Position numbers and translations under genes: made by a program. The notes beneath the pieces were generated by a model, which was not told where the DNA came from, searched no databases, and saw nothing but the letters and a program-made list of their open reading frames with translations. 64,000 nt of DNA from positions 3,162,001-3,226,000 of the forward strand of contig JAYWIR010000017.1 of the NCBI GenBank assembly GCA_036172245.1, read 5' to 3'. Each line of letters opens with the position of its first letter. Within the stretch, counting starts at the first letter, position 1. The DNA is from Raillietiella orientalis (taxonomy: Eukaryota). This document shows, one piece after another, positions 25,927-37,707 of this stretch.

Positions 25927-27141
25927 GATCCTCATCATCCTCAAAGTTTGCTGCACACCATATGCAGTAGAAGTGCTTCTCACGGAGATATCGCGTTATT
26001 AACATCAACTGATCACTGAGCTGAACCTCACAATAAAATAACTGCAACGAAATATCCTTACAACTTAAACCATACCTCCACCTCCTTTTCATCTATTGTT
26101 TCTGACTCTGGGGATGAATCGTCCTCCTCCTTTGATGGTGGCCAAAACCAACTTTCATCAGGTATGTGTTTCCCCTAGCAGAATTCAAAGACTCAATCAA
26201 AATACTTTAAGTATGCTACTTGTTTTTGATCCAGGGCTTCACAAATTCTCTGGCTCTTCCTGAGATCGTACACTAAATATTGTTCAGTCATGCGATCTTT
26301 GATTCTATTACGGAATTCCAGCAAATTAATTTTTTTTCCTTCCTCCAGTTTGGCCAACCTTTCTTTCTGAACTGTTACAGTTCCTAGACCCTTTCTATCA
26401 TCTTTAATTTCGATGGGAATAGGGTCAACTCTTCCAGATCCTTATAATCCTCAATTCACATTAGCAGGAACACAGTTCTTCACGTACCTGTTTTGCCTAA
26501 GCTTGTTCCGGGAACATAACCCATTTTTTGGAGTAAAGAAAATCCCTTATTTGAATCACTGATTTCTGTACTCAAACCTTCCTTGAGCTTAACTTTTTCA
26601 AGAACTTTGACAGACTGCTGTTTTTGCAATGAATCATATAGGGTTTTTTTTTTGTATTTCTCAAATTTTTTTTTTTCAGTAACGCTAAATAACAAACCAG
26701 GTTTCACATCATTAGCATGCCTAAAATTAGTGACACTGCTATAGCTGGCCAGGAAAAACGAACACTTAAAACCTTTTTTTTTGATTGCTTTCGAAATTAC
26801 TAATAATATAATTTAGTTATAAACAGAAATATCTGATTATTTCGTTGCACGTCAAGTCACAGAACTTTAAAGGGTGAAGTTAATAAGGATGAGTGAACAC
26901 GGAACTGATTTTATCAGGAATGACTAATGAGCTCACAAAGCAGCTTTAAAACTTCGATTGCGTATGCACACATTCAAAACTCATACGAACAAAATTATTT
27001 AATCGAATGAAACTTTTACTTACGGTGAAAATAAACTAGTACGAGGAAATCCAAACAAACATATAATGCAAATTAGATAACGTACTTATCGTTCACGAAT
27101 ACATCGGACATATAATCAAATTCTTGCTCCTCTTCTTTCAT
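25886..27141 (-). CDS. GPATCH11: G-patch domain-containing protein 11 (CCDC75), 5 coding exons
   Basis: Exon 1 27141-27086 MKEEEQEFDYMSDVF; exon 2 26720-26488 DVKPGL...SNKGFSLLQKMGYVPGTSLGK (G-patch); then GRVDPIPIEIKDDRKGLG, DLRKSQRICEALD, WFWPP and the DUF4187-type end [34 protein letters not shown]. Confidence 0.96.
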
Positions 27142-29409
27142 GGATACTCAGATAGTTTCACACGAAGCAGGGAATCTTCAAAATTACAAATCGCCTCACA
27201 GCTTCCACCTTTTGACTAGACTTACGAAAACTAGTATTTACTTCTGGAATCAGAGTTACCAATGAAAAAATCTGATACAAATACTACTCATCAGAACTTA
27301 AATTTTAACTTTTCGCTTAAGTACTCCTCAAGAGTAAAGCAACAAATGCAAAACGAAGGAATTGAAAATAATAGATCATCCTTTAGTGGGAACAAATATT
27401 TCCGAGGTATGCTAAGTTTGTAAAGTGAATTCAATAACAATACACAAGTAAAGTTTAATGTAACTTACTGTTTTTTTAAGTACTTGTTAATATTTGAAAA
27501 AAGGACACAAATAATCAATTTCTTTCTAAATTTACCTTGAAACTTTGTTTCTAACTAAAGGGATGGACGTGAATGTCAATTATGATTTCAATTGATTATT
27601 GTAAGTGAAGATATAGTGGAAAAACTTTGATCTCGATTTGATTTCTAAGGCATTAATATGTTCCAGGTTGCAATGCTTTTTGAAGCAGTAGGGAACGACT
27701 ACTTTACAAGCAGTCTTGCCTCCATTCACCACTATATTCGTTATAAGAAATTATTCATGCTTTCCTCACGAGAAACATTTAATCGTGTTCTTCTGATGAT
27801 TTTATATAAGAAATACTATTGTATTTCAGAATAGGATAATGTCATGTCTTGTAATGCATCGTTGAAACATACCGTTGTCGAGAATACAGATATATATACA
27901 TTTATTGCAAGAATTATCGATATTTGTATTAAATTTCTTGCTTAATTTAGTGTGAACTGGTTAGATTACAGTCTTCTCTTCCTAAGTGAATTTTTCTTTC
28001 CATGTATGGAAATATTTTTCCTTCGCTAATGTACAGATATACTTAGCTGTATTTGAAGAATTAAACAAAATGCATGCGCAAGAGATCAAAGCCAATACTG
28101 CATTAGGCAAAACGCGATGATCGTAGAGAATGTGATACAAATGACGTGTGGATTAAATAAGTTATCAGAAATATCAGAAAATTATCAGAAATACCGATTT
28201 AATATGCATCTCGCCATGTTTGAAATACAATTTTGCACATGCATATGTTGGGGAACTTCAAAGCATCACAATTCACCAGTTTCTTCCTGCTTAGAGAAAT
28301 CCATTAAAATATTGTGACTAAAACTTGAACTTCTTTCCATGTATGGAAATTAAACCCTTAACAAACTGGAAACGATAATTTTAGTTTCTGGGACAGTACC
28401 CCTCCTCTTAATTGAAAGACAATGAAAAAGAAAAAATCTGATTATTATGCATGAGTGAACAATCAAGATATTGCTAGATAAAAAAAAAAAAAAAATCGCT
28501 GATCCTGAACATTTAACTATTGTTAAGTTTGAAGTTAACATCTGAAATGAAAGATGAATAAAGAATTTCAAGACAAGTTAGCATTCAAACAGTTGCTATT
28601 TTTAACTGAGAAGTAATTTTACATACATTAAATGAATTTATTTAAAAATTTAAATGCTTCGTTCATAAAGAGTGAATGCAAAGTTTGTGCACACTTTGTA
28701 TGCTATGTGTACAAAAACTGTTATGATTTTTATTAAAGTGTTTGCAGTAGGTCTACTGAAAAAGTTAGATGATTACCGGTCGTTAAAATACGATATATGA
28801 AACGAATAGATTATAGCCCACTCAAGGTAAATCAATGTTACTACACAAATTTGGCAAGCAAAACGAATTACAAGCTATTTACCTTCAAATGCCATTGCTA
28901 GGGTTCGTTTCATTGATTTTTCCATGAAACAAATATCCGTCCGATACCAGATTTGTATCCCACAAATATCCATCCCAAACGACGTCTCTTTTAAACTTCG
29001 TTTATAGAGCAGTATCGGTGATGTCACATTTTACTCTCGTGTGTCTGTGTGTAGTAAACAGGGCAGTTTTCCCTTGTTTTGAGATCATGAAATACGAGAA
29101 ACTCATCGGGATATGCTTGACAGGAAGGGAGTTTTTGAGAAATTCGACTGGAGAATGTGGTTATCGGTATAATGAAGCTCATTCCATATTGTTCCACGAA
29201 TGCTATCAGTAATGTGTTTTGCGTGAAATAGCACTTCAAACAAATTATAAGCGGAGTGACTTTTGACATAATGAATCGAAGAAAGGCGTTAATATTAGAA
29301 GTTGAAAATGCAAGTTCAAGCCAACTTTAAGTTATCTGTGAGACTGCTCAAAAACAACGGAAACAGTTGCTAATTTCCAAAGCAACTGCAAAGCAATGCA
29401 ACAATTTAA

Positions 29410-29599
29410 CCCTTTGAGTGCTGTGGATGCATAGGTGCGTCTGTCAAATGTTTTGACCTCATACTCGCGACATGTTTATGGAGTCGATCGGTGCCTCAAT
29501 GGGGTCCGCGGACACGAGAATTCCGTCCACAGGGATCGCCATGTGACTCACGTGCCGCCAACACACAACGTTTCAGCCTGATGAGCCTCACCCGAAGGG
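29410..29599. mobile_element. piggyBac-derived MITE (190 bp)
   Basis: TTAA flanks at 29406-29409 and 29600-29603; imperfect TIRs CCCTTTGAGTG and CACCCGAAGGG. Confidence 0.8.
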
Positions 29600-29869
29600 T
29601 TAAAACAATATTTCATCAACCAATGTTCATTAAAAAGCTCAAAACTCATCAAAACGTTAAAACTTAATTCATATTTTCCATTATACCCGCTTCGGTGTGC
29701 AATCCCGAGTTCAGGTGCTAATCTGATCGCCCCAGACATAAAAGTAGGAAAGAGTAGGCAAAACGGCAGAAGGCATCAGAATTATGTAACTAACATGTAA
29801 GCTTCAAGCTTGTGAAGGAATGCTGGTAGTCAGGGTGCAGTAAATCGATTTGGTGATGATACTATATGC

Positions 29870-30230
29870 CATCCTTTTACAGTGCTTCATTGAGTTGCAG
29901 ATATTAATCCTTAGGCTAGAATTTTTCATTTGCTACACGACAGGGAAGATCTGTAGTCACTTATTCTCGAAAACATGGGACAAACTGAAGCTAATGTCAC
30001 TTAGGAATCGGAAAAAGCTTGAGAGATTTGAATGCAGATCCAAGATATTCTTAATCCCCAATGAGTGTCTCGATATGGCAACTATGCTGATTTGCAAACT
30101 TTACTTAAACACTACAAGGATCATGAGGTATTTAGAATTCCGAGTACATCACATGTTTATCTTCGCAACGGAATTATCAAACGCTATGATAGAAATTATC
30201 ACCATGACCAATTTAAGCTTAATTTAAACA
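29870..30230 (+). mobile_element. 5'-truncated LINE remnant (post-RT region)
   Basis: 'SKTW...RKKLERFECRSKIFL.../VSRYGNYADL' resembles the W...KKLE.F..R.LR.I segment that follows non-LTR RT domains; frameshifted. Confidence 0.5.
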
Positions 30231-31078
30231 GAAATGGGCAAAACTGCAGATTGGGATCCACAGATTTTTTTTTTTTTAAAATAATACTGGCTAATTTGTG
30301 CTCTGTCATCACAAACATTCTGTGTTCAGCGTTAAAAAAATTTCTTTTGCTTCTGGATAACAGCTGAATTTCAAGTCGTCAGATATGTGCTAAATTTTTC
30401 ATTTTTGCAACTGGTGTTAAAGAGGCTCAGCAAACGACTGTGGGATGCTGTTTCGGGCTTTTCGAATGAAAACGTTATTACAGATTTGCAGAAAATTCTC
30501 GTACTTCAGAAAATATTAAAACTTAGAAAACTTTCATAGATATTCCTTCAAAAAAGGAACGAAACACTTCCAGTGAACCAAACTTATCCGACATTTGAAA
30601 AGTTAATTAGAATTGGAGTTTAAAGAATTTCAGTACAATACAAATGATAATCCTTTGAAAAATTCACTAAGCACTGCTGGGCGAAGTGCAAATCGCAAAG
30701 TAAAAAGAATCACACGTTTTTTTAAAATGTAAAACCGCATTTACCACCTTAGCATGATCAACCTAACAAAAGTAGCTTCAGAAAATGATCAATAAGAGAT
30801 CTGTTTCCACTCGAAAAATGTGAAGAGTAAAAAAACATCCTTGTAAATAAAGTACGAAACCATTATTAATAATTGTGAAACAATGAGTAGTTCAAAATCT
30901 TGTACAGAAAAATAAATCGGACTAAAAATCATTTTATGAGCACTTCAGTTCTGGTCATATTTTAGATAGTAATTTACAGATTATTCAATTATCTACATAT
31001 AATATTTCAATATTGTGAGACCAAGATTGCTGAAGGGTTCTGAATGCACTTCTGTATTGTTCGATCAAACTGGAAAGA

Positions 31079-34000
31079 CTAAAATACCCTTTCATAAAAC
31101 AACAAGTATGCTTGAGCTTTCAAAACTCTTTCCAGACTGACCTCTGTGACAAAGGTGTCACTGATATGATACCAATGGTTGCCTGCAGGTGAAATTTCCT
31201 GAAAAGGTTCACATGTTCTTGCTTTTTTTTCCAATTCTGCCATCAAATAGTTAATGTCGATTGCACCATTCAATCTATCAGAGATAAATGCACTCATTTT
31301 TTCTAACTGCAAGGGATGATGTGAAACTTGAACAAATGCAGTATAATGTCCCCCAGTAAGATGTCCTGAATGTTCAATCACTGCATACAGTGAATACAAT
31401 AACTGTGTTTGTCCTCTGGCAACTGAAGGCAAACTCTGCAATGTGGGACATTCTGACTGAGACTAGCAAGGCAGGCTGACCTGACAAAGGGATGAACAAA
31501 ATGGTGCCAAATCTAAAACAGGAGGGAAGGATACACGACTGCTGATTTTTCGCCATGCCATTGATGTCTGTTGAAACCTTTTCAAGTGAAGTGTCAGAAT
31601 AGCTGGTGGACTGAGGATGAGCATCTGCCGTGAAGCATTGCAGTATACATATGAAATATCTTCTGCATTGGGAACATATCAAAGAAACAAACAAAAAATA
31701 CACCAACCTTCGGTGTTATTCTGAGAAGCTTGAAAGCATGACTCACATGCAAATTGGTTTTTCCCTGCAAGTATTTCAGGAGCAGTAAATTGGAGTAGCA
31801 TATTCTTAATAGATAATTCATCACTCTTGTCTGGGCGAGGGGACAATGTCTGCAGACTATGTAGAAGCCACTGCTTTTGTACTGAAGGTGAACTGGATAA
31901 TGGGGCTTGTGATGAACTTCTTTCCAATGGAAAAGTGCCCGAGTCAGGTCCAAAATGCTGTATAATATGTAAATTGGTGATTTTCTCAGAAAGTGTCTCT
32001 ATCTTGTGCTCTAAATCAATGTTTTTGCTCTGTATATTAGCAGAATCCTGGCATTCAGCATCAATAATGCTGCTGACAATTGATGTTTCTCCAATCAGCT
32101 CTTCTTCATTTTGTTCTGTGCACTCTCCATTTTCCAATGCTGCTATGGTCTCATCACTTCTATGCTGAACTGATTTTTTGTGTTGGCTCTTTTTTGTTTT
32201 CTTTTTCTTCATTTGATACTTAGATGGCATTTCATTCCTGCAACCCTTTCCTTTTCCTGTAGATTTTCCTAAGAAATTTCTTGAAGATAACTACAAAGGA
32301 GAAAACATAATAAATGTACCTTAACACATAAATCATAACGTACATTAAACATAAAGCTGCTTTACAGATAGATACTTGAAACAAGAAATGCAGAATCAGG
32401 AAAATGTACAAATATACGATAATGATATAAAGACAATGTTAAATGTACGAAAAAGGATTAAAAGAAGTACTTGTTTGCGACATTATCACTGATAAATTTG
32501 CATACCTCACTATCTACCATTGGTAGAGACAAATCAAAAAAAGGCTCTATAGTCTGTGAGGACATGTGACACTGCTGACAAACAATCATATTAATCAAAT
32601 GTCCACCAAATATGCTATCCACCACAGTAGAATTAGCCTGATATCCATAAAAACAAATAGCAGCTTTCTGACTGTCTGGAATAGTTTTCGGATCTGTCTT
32701 CATGCTGAAACCAAAGTTATTCAGAATTGCCGTCTGGTATCTCTACATAGAAAAAATACAGAGTATAAGCAGTTGTTAATATTGTATGATTGTCACCCTT
32801 AATTCTTCAGTTCGTAAGGCATCTAACAGACATCTCAAAAGTTCGTGGCTATCCTGTTGTTCATATCCTTGAAATCTAGGATTTTTATTAGATATACAAT
32901 TAAGTACATGACCAGGATTGATCACTTTCACATTGTTACTATTTTGCATCTCAGTTAAAGTAGTTGACAAAGATGCCAATAATGGACCAGTTAACCCTAA
33001 TGGTAGATTAAGAGGCACCTGGACACATTTATTAAATTTCTTCCAAGATACCAAACAAGCACCGACTTACCAGTCTGTTGCCTTCCTGCTGATCGCTGTC
33101 AGTGGTCCCAGAAAGATGGATAGTGGTATCAGCTAAAGAGTTGACAGATAATTGATGCTGGAGCAATCTGGTTTGTCCAAGACATTGTAAAACAGCATTA
33201 AAAAAACAGGTGTTACCAAGATTGATTAGTCCCTGAATTCAACATGCTATAATTCTGCCAAAAGGCAAGGTACATTACCTTTACTTTGTAACAAGGAATA
33301 CCTTTTTCTACTCTGCTTTCAGCTTGGTGACACTCTGTTTCACTATTACTTTCTAAGGAGAACTGTGACGACGTCCTTTTATTACAAAGTCGATCCTTGC
33401 ATGTTTGGTTCATATTATGGCTAAATGATTGTCTAGAATCATCTTAAATAACAATATTTATTAGAACATCGTATTTTTCATTTCGCATTTAAGAGTATAA
33501 AGTAAAACAAATCCACAGTTGCATGTTTAGAATCAATAACTGATGCTACAAGCATACAATATGCTCTTCACTAAACAAACAGTCTAATTCAATGGTTCAT
33601 TATGAGACATCTGAAAGTCTCCAGCTCATGGCATAATGCATAAATTGCAAAAGAATATATTTCGCATTATAGCTTTTAAAGAAAAAAATTACTAAGCTTT
33701 ACTTTTAAGCACACAATAGTAAAAGACTATAGCAGCATGCATTTTGAAATTAAAAACAAATGCAAATGTCGATTTGCTGTTAAGATAGTGTTTGTGATTA
33801 AGAAATAGATGAAGAATGAAATGGTAGATAATAGACCAGCAAATTTTACTATCTTAACAGCAAATCGACATTTGCATTTGTTTTTAATTTCACAAACACT
33901 ATCACAGCTGGAATCTGAAGCTTCAACCTATACTTATCAAGAGCGGATTCCAGAAAGAAAATACTAAGTAACAAGTTCAAAGAACTATCAATTATTACAA

Positions 34001-37000
34001 TCTCCTGAACCGAAAGCTGACTCCTGGATTTTGGATGCCATTAAAGACTACATATGATTGGCACAGATAGAAGCACAATGATATATATACTTGAATTTCA
34101 ATTAAAGGATTCAAATTAATAATATACAAAAATTGTATCAAAACTATGCCCATATTGAGAACACCATCTTCCTTAAACGAATACACTTATGGAGTCTTGT
34201 CAGAAAAATAGTAGAAGCATTTTCAGCAAGAACATTAGGGTTCAACATAAGACTAAGTTCCCTATGTTCAATTTTTCATTTGGTTAACAGCATTGTAGGT
34301 AATTCTCACACAGAACCATAAAATAGCTTTGTTGCCTTGACTTTACCGTTTTCTATTTGCAGAATGCTCTTTGAAAAATGCACGCACTTATAAATGTTTT
34401 TTACACTGAAAACATATGGATAGGACTAACTTCCAAAGTTCATCTCTTTGGTCAAGTAATGATGAAAGAGTAGAGTTAGAAAGCAAATGAGGGATTACTT
34501 AATATCAATTAAGTAATCCCTTATTTGTATTTGAAAATTATGTGTTTGAAATGTTCAAGTTGCAGTTCAATATGAGACTCCTTGATTGTACATTTTCATG
34601 GGTTGTTGAATAAGCTAGACTTTGATGGCTATTTTCAAGGCAGAAAAAATTGGTTCAAATTCAAAATATGAATTCTACATGGCCAAACAATTACCTAGCT
34701 TCCACTTCTGGTTCATCATTTAAACAATCATTTTACTGTTTAAAACTTATGATAAAATGAAAGGCATAATTACCGAAGCATCTCTTGCCATCAGTTGTTA
34801 ACAGTAAATACATGTCAAGTTTCTATTCCACCTTTCTCAAACAAATTGAACCGAAATGCTCGATATCTGCATCCTTTGTGCATCTTTTATATAACAAGCT
34901 ATCTTTTAGCATCTTTTATATAAATTTCTTAAGTCATGTATACCTTCCGGCAGCAGGTTCGATAAAATTCCATTTTTTTGGAATCAACTGCTATTGATGA
35001 TGATTAATACTTTGGAATAACTAATCAACTCATTTCTAATAAGTAATAAATCTTCGTTAAAAACATTAAATACGCATCTTGTGAAAAAAATAAAAATAAG
35101 AAAAAGAAAAGAGCTCAATTTTATGAACTAAATTAAACATGAATGTCATAAGTCCCTACCACATGCAAAACATCAGAGCTCAACTCAATACAACTACAAT
35201 ATAACAGCAATGTAAAGCCTAGAATATGGTTTATTGAAAACTGAACCAGCAAAGTGTTTATTGAGAAATCTGAGAATTCAATTTAAGATAAATGAATATG
35301 CAATCAGAACATACCATTTTTAATTTCTGTTTTCAGGATTCCATATTTCTTAACATATTCTATACATTCACGAAGTTTACAATTAAGAACATTAATTTCC
35401 TTAATACATTCAAAACACCTGAAAATATGCATAATGAATTTGATGACAACTGATTTCAAAAACTTAACAATGATGCAAATCAAAGAAAGCTTACCATATT
35501 TTCCAAGTTAATAAATTTAATGCTACAAAGTGTGGAACAGATCTCGGTATTTGAAAATGTTCAATGCTGTGCTCATAACATCCCTGATAACAACATTGCA
35601 AACACAGGAAAGTCTAAAACACAGTGAGGTTTGGAATAAAATAATGTGAAACAAAGACATATAAGAGTATCAAAATAAATCGGGATGAAGCAACTGATTG
35701 GGATACACAATAGAATGCAATTGTTTAGAGCAATCATCACACAAATACATTACAAAAACAAATAAGCATTCTCAGGATCATGAAGTAACAAGCATATATT
35801 CAGCTGGGAATCAACAGTTTGTTTCATATTATTACTACATTCAGTAAAATTAAATACAATAATTTATGTATGTTTTATCTACCAAGTGGTCTTGTTGCTT
35901 CTAGTTTGTTTGAACTTTACTATATCTTAATAAAATTCCAAAATTTTGCTCAGTGTTATCCAATTTTCTGTGACATGAACATGAAGATGGAAAGATTACA
36001 TCCAATTGAATGCAACTTGAGAAATTTGTATTCTGATTCTAGGAAAGCTAATAGAGTCATAACGTATCATTCATAAATAAATGAAGAAATGCACAGTTTC
36101 TTCTTCAGTAACAAATGCTTTTCAGTCTATGTGCAAATCTGAGTTCCAATGTATTCTTGGAAACAATATAAACATGAATTTATTCACACTGATACTTTTA
36201 AAAAGCTATGCAACAAGCTTATGGCAAATATATAGAAATTAAGCTGTTAATTTTTATTTTAAAATAATAAATATTTTGAAGAAAAATAAATTGTCAAATC
36301 ATATTATTAGTACTATAGGAGTTTGAAGGACAAACATGTATTGCTGGTCCTAAAATATACTCTTGAGTTGCAAAGAATATTCTTTTGTTTCTCAATAAAG
36401 AACATTAACAAAATTTAAAAAAACATATATTATAACAAAAACAATTTTAGAGAGAGTGATTGTATTTGAAAATTAACATAATTAGCAATAGTCACACTGG
36501 TAAAAATTAATAGAAATAGGGATTCAAAAGATAAATTAAAAATTAATCCATTATTTAAACTAAAATTCACCACATTCCAAACCTAACTTGCAGAAAGAAA
36601 CTTATTTTGTTTTTTGCATTTGAATGTGATGGGTCAGAATTATCATAGATCTGGAATTCGATGTCAATCAGAGGGTATATAAAACTCAATATTATGCTGC
36701 AAGTTCCACAGAATCATCAAAAAAGAATGAATACTTCAATTGATTTGAAAAAATATCTACCTCTGACGCTTCCATCAACTGATTAAATCTGATTTTCAAT
36801 CCATCTCACTCATATTCTTATGTTAACAGAATAGATCACTTCATCAAAAAAAAAAACACTTTGAAAAAACCAGTGGCACCTTAATTTCGAGTTGAAATAT
36901 AAATGTGCTCTTGGATCAAACACTGGAAGTTTCAAAGATTTGACTAGGCCAAATATAAAATTAACGGAAGTATTCAGTTTAAAACTTAGAATTGCAAGTC

Positions 37001-37707
37001 GAGCTTGTTTATATTTGAGTACATACAAGTACGGATGACAATAACCAGTAAACAACCATATTGAGGAAGCCTGATCTAGTTTCATTAACTTTAGTAACTA
37101 AGATATACGAAGTTTCCTTTAAATGGAATAGAGTTCCAAGAATTCGTATAAACTTCAGAATATTCAAGATTTGAAATACATAAACACATACTTACTTGTT
37201 CATTAAATTGATTACACATACTGCATATTCCTATTATATTGTTGATTTTAAGTTTATTCTTCAACATAGACTGACTGATACATTTCCGGAAATGCTGACA
37301 GGTCTCTAGGAAAGCAAAGCATGGGTTACTAAAACTCTAGAATGTATGAGATACTAAAATTCATGTTTATTTTACTTTAACAGTTATTTAAGGTCTAGGG
37401 TAAAATTAAATCAACTTTATCGTGTTAAAATTGTTCAAATAACAACTATGCACAAAGAGGAACAAAAACGAATGTATTTATTCCTTGGTATGAATTTACT
37501 GCTTGATAGTATTTTGAATCCTTTTGTACAATCCATTTACTTATGATAAGTTACATTAGTGAATGAAACCCTTAGAATAAAGATAACTGTATACATGCAT
37601 CGATAGAGCCATTATTTCGGACTCTATCGCCATTCCTTACTTTTTAAATCACAAGAATTACTGTCTGGAACATGGGATTTAGCTTTTCTGGCTTTCCTTT
37701 TTACCAT
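31079..37707 (-). CDS. USP45: Ubiquitin-specific peptidase of the USP16/USP45 family, multi-exon
   Basis: Start MVKRKARKAKS (37707-37641). zf-UBP exons: TCQHFRKCI..CSMC (37305-37196), FLCLQCCYQGC...HFQIPRSVPH..W (35613-35495), CFEC (35418-35315). Cys box GLINLGNTCFFNAVLQCL (33232-33071); QQDSHELLRCLLD; LTLHLKRF; His box EHSGHLTGGHYTAFV...WYHISD...AYLLFYERVF*. Linker exons at 33.4-35.3 kb are unresolved. Confidence 0.96.
33745..33892. repeat. Perfect 45-bp inverted repeat in a USP45 intron
   Basis: 33745-33789 is the exact reverse complement of 33848-33892; 58-nt spacer. Confidence 0.95.

Noticed and set aside
34348..34405. 'KCVHFSKSI' as a second zf-UBP exon in USP45
   Set aside because: Phase differs from the real exon and no downstream finger exons could be assembled.
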